Of a DNA stretch of 64,000 nt, positions 10,701 through 20,119 are shown one piece after another. The position numbers and the translations under genes are program-made. The DNA lies in the NCBI GenBank assembly GCA_000165345.1, contig CM000432.1, forward strand, positions 928,001 through 992,000, in the 5' to 3' direction. The notes under the pieces are model-generated. The model saw only the letters and a list, made by a program, of their open reading frames with translations. It was not told the DNA's origin and did not search any database. Within the stretch, counting starts at the first letter, position 1. Each line of letters starts with the position of its first letter.

Positions 10701-13700
10701 CGATAGTATCGGGTCTGAGCTTAACAATCGAATAAATTGCATCGGTACTAGCTTCACCAAATGGATATAAGAAATGGCTAGGGATAATACTAGGGTGAGC
10801 ATAAGAAGAAGTTGGTAATGAAGAAGGAGAAGAACCGGAATTGAATCCTGAAGGATTTGAGTTTGGTTGTAAGTTTGAGGAGGAAGAAGATGGGTTACAT
10901 TGTTGTTGGTTTGGATGAGAAGTTGAATATCTAAAAAATTGTGGATTTTCATGCAAATATGATCTTCCTTCAAATGGTTCATTAAAAAGATCTCTTGAGA
11001 CTCCTGGATTTGAGAAATACCTAGCAGATTCATCAGCATATTGATCATAAATATCTGGGCTACTTTTCGTTTTGAAGTTTGACGTTTTATACAAACGAGA
11101 ATTTGAGGATTTGTCATTTAATTCTTGGTAAATTGTGTCATGGAAGTTCATCATGTTATTGAAGCTATGATTTTCAATATGACTATTGCTATTTCTCTTG
11201 CAGTATTTGCAATTATTTCTACAGTTTCTCGTATACTTTAAGGAGTCTCTGTATGCTTTGTAGTCTCTATTCTTTGAGTTAAAGGGATCATTACAAATGG
11301 AATTTTCCATCAAATTTCTATTTTTAGAGAAAAGTTCCGTATTCAGAGCCAAAGAATTATTTGAATTGTATTTGAAGGAGCTGTGAGAATTATCAGAATC
11401 AAGTCCAACAGCGTACTCTAATAGTTTTCTAATATTCTCAATGGATTTATGTGAAGGACCTCTTCCAATAACAATTTTTGCAATGCTTTCAGGACTGTCG
11501 TCAACTTTAACATAATTAATGGAGAAGATTGACCTTAATCTTGGAGGAAGGATAGTTAAAGGAAGATCTTCAGGAGGAATAGTGTTAGAAGGAGTTCTAT
11601 TTTGAGACTCTTCATTCTGAAGGAGAAAATTTATATTTGTCCTCCATTTATTATCAAAGAAATTCTTCGTTCCAGTACCACTATTTGCAAAGAATTCTTT
11701 TGGTTCTCTAAGAATTTTCTTTTCAGTTCGATTTGATAAATCTCTTATTAGTTTCTTCTTCTTAAGCTTGAGAGAAAGAACAATATCATCATTTAAATCA
11801 TTTCCAAATAAATTACCATCTTGATGTTCAAAGTGGGAAAATTGGTTCTCATTAAGCTGTAACATGGATGTAATATCAACATTCTTCACATTCTTTAAAA
11901 TATGGACCGAATTCATCACTCTTCTTCTCCATATTGAAGTGCTTCCCATTGTTTCTTCGGAGTATTTCACTGCTATTTCCAGAAGATAGTAAATAATTCT
12001 TGTGGATAACTTCCTACTGACTGCATAATATATTGGATCAGTCATACTGGATCTATTTGACCAGATATTAATGAAAGAGTATGAAATATTAAACTTTTCT
12101 TTCAAGGTATGAATAATACTCTTTAATGCTCTTAAAGGCTGCTTTGATTTTGCCAAAATCTGTAAAATAAGAGGAGAATTGGTTTTTGGATCTTTAAATT
12201 GAAGCATATCAATAATTAGCTTCTTTGGTATTCTCTGAGCCTTTTTGATGATTAAATTTAATGGATAAATACCATATCTATCATCTCTATGGGGATTACA
12301 ATTCTGATAACCTAACCATCTATTACGTATTGCTCTACTATAAAAGTCAAGAATTATTTGTATTTGCTTAATATTACCATAATAAGCAGACCACCAGAAA
12401 GCTCCTCTTCCTTCTTCATCAGTTACTTGACAAATCATTGCTACCTTCTTTTTGCTTTCCATTTTGAGTAATCTATTCAAAATTGAATCTGAGATTCGGA
12501 TTTTAACAATATCAAGAACGTGTCTCGCCTCTTTTTCATAATCCTTCAGTTGTTTGAAGAAGTGATCACGGTTAAATTGTTTTTTAAAAGTCTTTCCTAT
12601 AAGTTTAAGATCAGATTTATCTTGGAAAGTTACATATTCTAATATAATGGATCTAATATCATTATCAGAGGTATTAATATCATAATTAGCATGATTTACA
12701 ATCCTTTCAATCATTTTACCGTCATTTTCACGAATTGCAAGATCCATTACATCTAGACCAGAGATAGGTGAAATTCTTAATGGATCTCCTCCATTGTCCA
12801 TGATCAAGCTTAGCATTGCTCCATTATGGTTTTCTAAAGCTATCATTAAAGGATTTAAACCAGTTCTTGGATCCCATGTATTAACACAAGCTCCATTTGA
12901 GATTAAGATCTCAGCCATTTCAAGATCATTATTTTCAACAGCATAGAATAGAGAGGTATGATTATAGTTATCAACCATATTTACAAGTTTTTTTTGATCA
13001 CATTCTAAATTATGAGTCAAAAGTTCTGGAAAATGAGAATCTGATTGTGTAGATTGACTCTTGGGTAGTTGAGTATATGTGGAAGAACCATCATTTTGAA
13101 GTTGATTCAAAAAATCAAGATCTAGGTCTTTTTTCTTATTAGAGCAATTAGAATATATGGTTGATCTTGAAGAATTAAAATAGCTTAAGGAAGATGAGGG
13201 AGAAGAAGGTAAAGTTGTGGAATTTGAGAATTTGGGAAAAGATAAAGTGGAATGATTAAGATCAGAAGATGAAATATTGGTAATATTAAAGCCAGAGGAT
13301 GAATAGGAATATGTATCAAAATCTTCCGGAGTATTTGGATCATTTTTGGATGTATCATTAACATTTGAAATTTCAGCAAGAATGAATTTGACAATTGAAT
13401 GGTTGGATTTACTTACAGCTAGAGTAAATAATTGAGGAAACTTTTCAAAAATGTGAATATCGAGACCATATTCAATAAGTTTCTTAAGTATATGCAAAGA
13501 TCCACTCCTTTTACGTCTTATAAGATTATATAGAATATGGTATCCTCCTTCAGTATCTAAGACTTTGCTTTTAATATTATTAAGTTTCTTGCAATAGATA
13601 AGATTTCTTTTTTTATATTCAGTATTATAAGTGGTAATATTAAGCATAAGAGGTTCAATAATATCCAAAATAGCTCTTGAGCTCATATCAGTTTCAAGAA

Positions 13701-14280
13701 AATCTGCAATTAGATATAATGGATGAATGTAATATGTAAGTTTTTCTTCTAACGGTACTTTTTGTACTGGCCTTTTGTAATAAATTGGAATAATTGCATT
13801 TTTTCGAATTCTAGCATTAAATGAAAAAAGCATAGATCCATCATGGTTAATAGCAGAATAGAGCTTGTTATCTGAGATATCCTCATGGTCGTTTTCAAAA
13901 TATACTAAACTCTCAAAGAAATCTTCAGTATCGTCAAGTTTTCCTGTTAACAACAGATTCTTTGTAACCTCAGGAAGTTCAACAAGTTCATTAATAAATT
14001 CAGGAAACATCATTTCCTCTCCACCAAGAATTTTATTATCCTTATATAGCTTATCTTCAGATAACTGTTCTAATCCTGCTCTTTTATAGTAGTAATTATC
14101 ATGAACATTGTTGCAATTAGCAATAGGTCCTCTAATTTCAGATCTTTCGACAAATTGAATACTTTTTAAAGCCTCCAAAAAACTCAGAATTAGGAAACAA
14201 ATTAGAATAGTAAAATTAATTCTCTTGGATTCATTATTTCTTAAGAAGACATTTTTTGTCTTATTTTGTGTGTTTTTCAT
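7717..14280 (-). CDS. Giant ankyrin-repeat multi-pass membrane protein, paralog B (2187 aa)
   Basis: ATG confirmed at 14280. N-terminal signal-anchor (INFTILICFLILSFL), ankyrin repeats at about aa 440-520 (NHTSLFYAVENNDLEMAEILISNGACVNTWDPRTGLNPLMIALENHNGAMLSLIMDNGGDP), at least 8 predicted C-terminal TM helices, and long S/N-rich low-complexity inserts. Shares conserved blocks with paralog A. Confidence 0.7.
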   Translation of the reverse strand: MKNTQNKTKNVFLRNNESKRINFTILICFLILSFLEALKSIQFVERSEIRGPIANCNNVHDNYYYKRAGLEQLSEDKLYKDNKILGGEEMMFPEFINELVELPEVTKNLLLTGKLDDTEDFFESLVYFENDHEDISDNKLYSAINHDGSMLFSFNARIRKNAIIPIYYKRPVQKVPLEEKLTYYIHPLYLIADFLETDMSSRAILDIIEPLMLNITTYNTEYKKRNLIYCKKLNNIKSKVLDTEGGYHILYNLIRRKRSGSLHILKKLIEYGLDIHIFEKFPQLFTLAVSKSNHSIVKFILAEISNVNDTSKNDPNTPEDFDTYSYSSSGFNITNISSSDLNHSTLSFPKFSNSTTLPSSPSSSLSYFNSSRSTIYSNCSNKKKDLDLDFLNQLQNDGSSTYTQLPKSQSTQSDSHFPELLTHNLECDQKKLVNMVDNYNHTSLFYAVENNDLEMAEILISNGACVNTWDPRTGLNPLMIALENHNGAMLSLIMDNGGDPLRISPISGLDVMDLAIRENDGKMIERIVNHANYDINTSDNDIRSIILEYVTFQDKSDLKLIGKTFKKQFNRDHFFKQLKDYEKEARHVLDIVKIRISDSILNRLLKMESKKKVAMICQVTDEEGRGAFWWSAYYGNIKQIQIILDFYSRAIRNRWLGYQNCNPHRDDRYGIYPLNLIIKKAQRIPKKLIIDMLQFKDPKTNSPLILQILAKSKQPLRALKSIIHTLKEKFNISYSFINIWSNRSSMTDPIYYAVSRKLSTRIIYYLLEIAVKYSEETMGSTSIWRRRVMNSVHILKNVKNVDITSMLQLNENQFSHFEHQDGNLFGNDLNDDIVLSLKLKKKKLIRDLSNRTEKKILREPKEFFANSGTGTKNFFDNKWRTNINFLLQNEESQNRTPSNTIPPEDLPLTILPPRLRSIFSINYVKVDDSPESIAKIVIGRGPSHKSIENIRKLLEYAVGLDSDNSHSSFKYNSNNSLALNTELFSKNRNLMENSICNDPFNSKNRDYKAYRDSLKYTRNCRNNCKYCKRNSNSHIENHSFNNMMNFHDTIYQELNDKSSNSRLYKTSNFKTKSSPDIYDQYADESARYFSNPGVSRDLFNEPFEGRSYLHENPQFFRYSTSHPNQQQCNPSSSSSNLQPNSNPSGFNSGSSPSSLPTSSYAHPSIIPSHFLYPFGEASTDAIYSIVKLRPDTIGEILTRVSYKSPSDAIHVLALLDALPSDFPPFDEHAYSPLQRAATILYKYKGQRDTLPVLHALLSSRFVKLFSAEQLMESLNLLALIDYKPSSILELFGGLPSYCLYYGTQSGNVRHYYSKSGYWEMNFSSNKKDTIDEDNLGSSVGIDDKKNIFGFKEDFGNSESENYHFWNSNNNYDNMYNVENEKGQMEFIESFGTSKTNEGCPIKLSLIEKLREISNLPWENKLTKSDIVFVILCFVTALTLFSIYCNSNLSFYSICNPAKNKLIKYSSQINQETVLSDLGCNFTMDFGLVFMLNIPFPSKNNIKLGLLNSIKACFLINKVSEFPVRKYRSNHENLYESFQYSLISLIIKFSKAFNFIKLISILTFFIWIVISQIYEEIVCFVLLTCIAIIIYTFHGFRIDENMYDQLNSCFKCNNSLLLPEIMILYEQTNAQVIKTAKRAIYLHSNLRNATLSQTTDMKDISSKQIKKLLVSRNNLSPENTYTEIPEIGFLEISKLCYNNVEKTFKCYRLLFIVQVICLIFSFLITMKLPFNCYSSPEFSISRDWKYSSADLTFIFGNINSCRKLYQFQYPHLFQFTRFYPLTVSFLHFTAFIYYWQLLSMISSPIISVILALYHFHSLSSIFNSALSTPLSILLPNAKNSKILISQSYSSKEVSRANSIGTPLFSGEKKQSRDKKSTNKSFIIDDKNSILSSNGNNSPSAYLTKNSSNNSLKTQSNPNIRLQSVGEIAYGGPLEISNANIQTGNNKTTQVTDSFSLNPPQNTLNLLQPSNSTTPVNSINSKSPEIRLSNFLKLNHYSTEIQYQDFEHFEINYSKANLCNIESNSETSYYQVLEAQIYPFFIWADSRRTSHRICKYFWKPIDLFRDVLAIVTISFVLVYCYVEINSLPIKTIRLWNVVPISTLLLSASLLYIMHIMVEIHILTIEFWQWVPDVYDILPICSNLLNSVETTMRLLPFLTSPFYILNTPVKLPLLFGSILMFVLLINVNFS

Positions 14281-14484
14281 TTTTTGGTCAGTTTTCTGTT
14301 TATCATTGAAACAAATTAATTTGAAGAAATGAAAAAGCCACTATAATCTATAGCAATTAAAGAATTTCTTGAATAGTAACATAAAAATATCTTTTCTTTA
14401 TTCTCACCTTTTCTTTTACTAGTTCTTTTTTTTCTGCCTTATCTTGAAATTTGTACATAATATTTTAAAAATTCAGGGTACCGT

Positions 14485-14536
14485 TTGGCGGGAACATGTC
14501 TCATAATGTGGGCAAAAAAAAATAGTCATGCATGCA
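14485..14536. promoter_or_regulatory. E2F site TTTGGCGGGAAC (14485..14496) and CATGCATGCA (14527..14536) upstream of paralog B
   Basis: Motifs read directly, about 200-250 bp upstream of the ATG at 14280. Confidence 0.45.
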
Positions 14537-14784
14537 ATAATGACGTGTCAGGAAGGAATAATAATTTAAAAAGAAAGGAAAGACATTTCCTTAAGATATT
14601 AAAATATAAAAGAAATATTTTAAATAAAAAATAAGAAAGGTAACAAATAAGTGATAGAACTTAAAGATTATAGAATAACTCTAAATAATTATAGATGAGT
14701 TTTCCAGCTCTTTGTTTTCCCAGAAAGTGGCGGGCTCTTGGGAATAGAAACGTGTAACATGCAAAGCGTAAAAAAAACAAAAGT

Positions 14785-16458
14785 TTAACCGTCCCTAGAG
14801 TCACCAAAAGACTCCATATTTGGATTTTGCTCAATATTGTTCTGAACAGGATCTTTTTTCTTAGATACAGAGCTAAGAACATCGTCTATTCTGAGGAGCA
14901 TAAGAGTGGCTTCTACAGCAGTCTTATAGACTTGTTGCTTGACAGCAAGTGTATCCCAGATGCCGAGTTCCGTAACATTTGTAATAGCGCCAGTACATCC
15001 ATTAATTCCATGAACAGGTTTCTGCCCCCTGGTTGCAGATGAAGGTAGATAATGAGATTTTAATAAAGTCAAAGTCTTCATTACATTAGCTCCACAATTT
15101 TGAGCTAGAGTCTTTGGTATAATTTCCAGAGCTTGGGCGAAAGCTTTGTAGGCCCATACTTGGGTATCATCAATAGAAAATGACTTTTCATTCAAGTAAC
15201 AAGAAATGGCCATTTCTGTACCACCTCCGCCAGGAAGTAGAGCTGGATCAAGAAGGATATTTCTTGCAACAGCAAGAGCGTCATGGAGATTTCTCTCGAG
15301 CTCATTTAAGACGTCCTTGGATCCTCCTCGTAAAAGAATGGAGCATGCCTTTGGAGTTTTTGATTCGGTCAGGAAGCAAAAGTATTCATCTCCAATCTTC
15401 TTGACCTCGAATCTTCCGCAGCAAGTACCTACATCATTTGGTGTAAGCTCTTCTGTTCTGCTAGCAATAGTAGCTCCAGTGACTCTAGCGATTCTATTAT
15501 TATCGCTCTTCCTGACCCTTCTAATTACAGAAATTCCTGCCTTAACAAGGAAGTGTTGAGCAAGATCAGAAACACCTTTTTCTGTGAATACAACATTGCA
15601 ACCAGTTGCAATAATATCCTTACACATAGCTTCAACTTCTTCCTCCTCCTGTCTTAATAGAGCCTCCCAGTCTGCCTCCTTAGTGATTTCTACATTTGTC
15701 TGACTTTCGCCTTTCTTGTATTCAAGAGTACAGTCCAATAACAAAACCTTTGGATTAATGATCAATCTCTTCATTCGCGGGTGGACTACATCCTTGTTAA
15801 CAACTACACCATCTAAAACATAGCTATCCTCAATCTCACCTCCTGGAATCTTTTCAATTCTTACATATCTCTTAATATCAATTTCTTTTGGTGAACCTGA
15901 ATTAGCAATTGAGACAGTCTCAGCTGCTTTTAATGCCATAGAACTAATTAAACTACCCCATCTTCCAGAAAATTTAGTTTTTAAACAGGAGTCAACTACA
16001 CTAACCAAAGATTCTTTGTTATTTACATCCAATTTAACGCTCATTTCCTCCATGAACTTTATAGAGTCATCTAGTGCTCTTAAATAACCCTTTGCTATAA
16101 TTGTTGGATGTATGTTTTTCTGTAAGAGTGGCTCTGCACAAGCCAAGAACTCTCCTGCTAGAACTACAACACTTGTTGTTCCATCTCCTACTTCTTCATC
16201 TATAGTTCTTGAGAGTTCAATTATAGACTTTGCTCCTGGATGAGCAACATCAACCTCTCTCAAAATACTGTTTCCATCATTTGTAAGAACTATTCCACCC
16301 AAAGGATCTAAAAGCATTTTTAACATTGCTTTTGGGCCCAAAGTTGTTCTAACAACATCTGCAACAGTTTTTCCAGCTTGAATATTTCTTAACTGGGCTT
16401 TTCTTCCTTGATCTCTTTGAGAAGGTTGTTGTACAACCAAAACTTGATTTGGCATCAT
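14785..16458 (-). CDS. CCT3: T-complex protein 1 subunit gamma (CCT gamma chaperonin)
   Basis: ATG confirmed. N-terminus [103 protein letters not shown] aligns closely with eukaryotic CCT3. Group II chaperonin signatures present (GDGTTS ATP-binding motif). Confidence 0.9.
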   Translation of the reverse strand: MMPNQVLVVQQPSQRDQGRKAQLRNIQAGKTVADVVRTTLGPKAMLKMLLDPLGGIVLTNDGNSILREVDVAHPGAKSIIELSRTIDEEVGDGTTSVVVLAGEFLACAEPLLQKNIHPTIIAKGYLRALDDSIKFMEEMSVKLDVNNKESLVSVVDSCLKTKFSGRWGSLISSMALKAAETVSIANSGSPKEIDIKRYVRIEKIPGGEIEDSYVLDGVVVNKDVVHPRMKRLIINPKVLLLDCTLEYKKGESQTNVEITKEADWEALLRQEEEEVEAMCKDIIATGCNVVFTEKGVSDLAQHFLVKAGISVIRRVRKSDNNRIARVTGATIASRTEELTPNDVGTCCGRFEVKKIGDEYFCFLTESKTPKACSILLRGGSKDVLNELERNLHDALAVARNILLDPALLPGGGGTEMAISCYLNEKSFSIDDTQVWAYKAFAQALEIIPKTLAQNCGANVMKTLTLLKSHYLPSSATRGQKPVHGINGCTGAITNVTELGIWDTLAVKQQVYKTAVEATLMLLRIDDVLSSVSKKKDPVQNNIEQNPNMESFGDSRDG

Positions 16459-16916
16459 CTTTAATTAATTCAAGTTAATATCCTTCTCTTAATAAGATTT
16501 CTTCCCCACTTAGCGATACTAAGGACTAGCTGATCGACTTTCCTTCAAATTGAGAATTAAATGATGAGTATTAATTAATTTTTTTTTGATAAAAGAGTTT
16601 TAATTAATATTTCACCATATAAAACCTTATTTTAGTGCTTAAACTTATTAGCTTCTTTTCCCCACCTTTTTCCCTCTATTATTTTATTTATTTTCTACTT
16701 ACTCAAACTGTCTATTTAGACTTTTTAATCCTATTAAATAGACGAATTGCTTTATTATTCTTTAAAATTAGACTATATATGTAATTTACTAGCTATGCTA
16801 ATTTTATTATTTATTTAATAGACAATCTGTTCTAGTTATATTATTTTAATTTATTAACTTATTCACATAAATAGCATATATAATAAATAAATTTAATATA
16901 TATGATATATATAAAT

Positions 16917-16928
16917 TTGGCGCCAAGT
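16917..16928. promoter_or_regulatory. Palindromic E2F-type site TTTGGCGCCAAG in the CCT3/CCT7 bidirectional promoter, plus GCCCGCC at 17143..17149 and TTTTGGCGGG at 17204..17213
   Basis: Read directly; located in the 1.3 kb region between the two divergent CCT genes. Confidence 0.5.
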
Positions 16929-17774
16929 GTGCTTTATTCATGATCACTAAATAATCAAGAATAATTGATTTAATTTAAAAATAAATATCAAAAAGTTTAT
17001 CCTAGTAAATTAGATATTGGAATCAATAATTGGATTCCATATTGTTTACTGTTATATTTTCTTAATTGTCTGTATTAATTTACTCATCTTTCTCTCACCT
17101 CCTTTTTTATCGGTACCCATTATTAAAAAATTATTTTTTGTTGCCCGCCTAAATGTTTTATTAATTAATTTATATTTTGTATTAATTTCAAGTAATTATA
17201 AGTTTTGGCGGGTAATTGATTAAATAATTAAATATAAATTATCAACAATTGTTAAATTAAATTTTAATTAAGAATTAATAAATAAATTTCGAGACGTAAA
17301 ATGTAATAAATATAAATAAAGTTTGACCCCACGGGAATAAGAATTAAATAAAGGTAGAAAAAAAAGTGAATAAAAGGCTTTGGGGGGAAAATAGAAAGTA
17401 AGTCCAAGCTAAATAGTAAATTGCCGATTTTGGAATATACGGGAAGCACTACAACCAAAAACCAGAATTTAAGAGGAGATTTTTCAGAATTAGACCTTTA
17501 CAGGGAAGATTTGAATTTATTTAGCCTTGTAGGAAAAGCTATTTCTGATTATTTTTTTTCTTAATAACAGAAAAACATATATTAATATTGGTAAATTAAT
17601 TAGTATATATAAGCATATATATTTATATAGATTTAATATTTGAGTTACTGCATAACTAAGTAAAAGCTAGTTTGGGTCATAATATTGGAAGAAATATAAA
17701 TATATAGACTTTAATATAGAATCATATTATAATAGATAATTGGTAATAAGAAAAAAAAAAGTAGTATTGAAGAA

Positions 17775-19448
17775 ATGTTGAGAGCTCCAATAATTCTTTT
17801 GAAAGAAGGATCAGATACATCCCAAGGTAAAGGTCAAATCTTGAGTAATATCACAGCATGCCAAGCAATTGTTGATATTGTCAAGACGACTTTGGGTCCA
17901 TATGGCATGGATAAACTTATTCATAGCGGTAACTCTCCAGATGATGTAACAATTACCAATGATGGAGCAACAGTCTTGAATTTACTTGGAATTGTGCATC
18001 CTGCAGCAAAACTATTAGTAGAGATAGCAAAGGCACAAGATGATGAGGTTGGAGATGGTACTACAAGTGTAGTAATTTTAGCAGGCGAATTCTTAAAAGA
18101 AGCAAAGGGCTTTATTGAAGATGGAATGTCTCCACAAGTAATAATATCAGGTTTTAGAAAAGCAAGCCAAATAGCAATAGACAAGGTAAATAGTATGAAG
18201 ATCAGCCTTTCCGAGGAGACTCCAGAAAAGAGACGAAGTATGTTAATAAAATGTGCTGAGACAACTTTGAACTCAAAGTTATTAGCTCATTATAAGACTC
18301 ATTTTGCAGAAGTTGTAGTCGATGCTGTTTCATACTTGGATAATGAAATGGATAAAGACCTCATTGGGATTAAGAAGATTAATGGAGGGTCAGTTATGGA
18401 TAGTTTTCTAGTAAAGGGAGTAGCATTTAAGAAGACATTTTCATACGCAGGTTTTGAACAACAGCCAAAACATTTTGTGAATCCTAGAATCCTCTTATTA
18501 AATCTTGAATTGGAACTTAAGGCAGAGAAGGATAATGCTGAAGTTAGAATCTCTGACCCCACTGCCTACCAAAGTATTGTAGATGCAGAGTGGAAGATTA
18601 TCTTTGAGAAATTGGATCTCATTGCCAATTCAGGAGTAAATGTGGTTTTAAGCAGACTTGCAATTGGAGATTTGGCTACTCAGTACTTTGCTGATAGAAA
18701 TATCTTTTGTGCTGGAAGAGTTGAGGAGCAGGACCTTAAGAGAACCTCTTTGGCAACAGGAGCCATTGTGCAAACAACAGTTTATGGCTTAAACAAAGAT
18801 AGTGGAGTATTTGGTACTTGTTCTGAATTCGAAGAGGTTCAAATTGGAGCTGAGAGATATAATATCTTCAGAGACTGTGCAAAGACAAAGTCATCCACAA
18901 TGATCTTGCGTGGTGGTGCTCAGCAATTTATTGATGAAGCTGAGAGATCCTTGAATGATGCAATTATGATTGTAAGAAGAGCAATGAAATCATCATATAT
19001 TGTTCCTGGAGGAGGAGCTATTGAAATGGCTGTTTCTAAGACTATTAGAGATCACGCTAGAACAATTCTTGGTAAGGAGCAATTAGTCATGAATTCTTAT
19101 GCAAGAGCTCTAGAAGCAATTCCTAGATCCTTAGCAACAAACTCTGGGTTTGACTCCATTGATATCTTAAACAGACTTAGACAAAAGCACTCACAAAACA
19201 CCGAAGATTGTAGTAATTATGGTGTAGATTGCAGCAACGGAGGGATTTGCGATACTTTTAACTCATTCATTTGGGAGCCAGCTGTGAATAAGCTTAGTGC
19301 TTATTCAAGCGCAACAGAAGCTGCATGCTCTATTCTTTCTATTGATGAGACTGTTAAAAACAAGTCCAGTGAGGAGGATAGAATGCAGGGTCCTCTACCT
19401 GGAATGGGTGGTATCCCTCCAGGTATGATGGGCGGAGCAAGGAGATAA
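17775..19448 (+). CDS. CCT7: T-complex protein 1 subunit eta (CCT eta chaperonin)
   Basis: ATG confirmed. [51 protein letters not shown]...[47 protein letters not shown] matches CCT7 throughout. Gly/Met-rich C-terminal tail [15 protein letters not shown]. Confidence 0.9.
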   Translation: MLRAPIILLKEGSDTSQGKGQILSNITACQAIVDIVKTTLGPYGMDKLIHSGNSPDDVTITNDGATVLNLLGIVHPAAKLLVEIAKAQDDEVGDGTTSVVILAGEFLKEAKGFIEDGMSPQVIISGFRKASQIAIDKVNSMKISLSEETPEKRRSMLIKCAETTLNSKLLAHYKTHFAEVVVDAVSYLDNEMDKDLIGIKKINGGSVMDSFLVKGVAFKKTFSYAGFEQQPKHFVNPRILLLNLELELKAEKDNAEVRISDPTAYQSIVDAEWKIIFEKLDLIANSGVNVVLSRLAIGDLATQYFADRNIFCAGRVEEQDLKRTSLATGAIVQTTVYGLNKDSGVFGTCSEFEEVQIGAERYNIFRDCAKTKSSTMILRGGAQQFIDEAERSLNDAIMIVRRAMKSSYIVPGGGAIEMAVSKTIRDHARTILGKEQLVMNSYARALEAIPRSLATNSGFDSIDILNRLRQKHSQNTEDCSNYGVDCSNGGICDTFNSFIWEPAVNKLSAYSSATEAACSILSIDETVKNKSSEEDRMQGPLPGMGGIPPGMMGGARR

Positions 19449-20119
19449 ATAAAGTGTTGGTAGAGATTGGGTATTGGAAACCCCATCCTCTCATACGGTT
19501 TCTACAAATATTATTGTTACTGTCTTTTATCCTTCATTTATCTCTAACTGATACTAGTTACTATCAATCAAATCAAATTACATTTATTATTTTATTATTA
19601 ATATTACTAGAACCCCTTCCCATTATAATTAATTCTATTATTATTTTATAAATATCTTGTCCACATTATTAGCTTTTTATTCTTGCATGCAAATGCCGGT
19701 ATGTAGTAGGTAGTGAAATTGACAAGGCGGTAAAATTTTGTTGTTAAACATAATTAATACGTGTAAATTAATAATACCGGTATAAAGATAGTGCGCATGC
19801 ATACAGAAAAACAATAATTGGAGCCAAATTATATACTGACTGGCAGCCCCACGAAGATAACATGAAAAAAAAAACTAAAATTAATTTACCTGACATAAAT
19901 TATTAAAGCATAAAATCTTAAATTAATAAGTAATTAGAATAAAATCGAGTGAAATTAATTGTTTGTCATTATCTGTTAATAAAGTTTATTGACATTTTTT
20001 ATGTATTAATATTTCGAAAAAAACAATTCAAGTAAATAATTAAGTTAGCTATAAATAAATCATTATTCACGAATTAATGAATGTGGAATTAATTTCTTGA
20101 AAAAGGAAAGAAAAAGAAA

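Noticed and set aside
8073-13394. Small ORFs on both strands inside gene 7717..14280 (8073..8270, 9947..10171, 10071..10259, 10395..10682, 10644..11117, 13185..13394, 13865..14089)
   Set aside because: Nested within or antisense to the 2187-aa CDS. No domains. The 157-aa one is an alternative frame of the same strand.
17921-19651. Short ORFs antisense to or just after CCT7 (17921..18184, 18299..18562, 19301..19486, 19454..19651)
   Set aside because: Nested in a conserved chaperonin CDS or in an AT-rich 3' region. No features.
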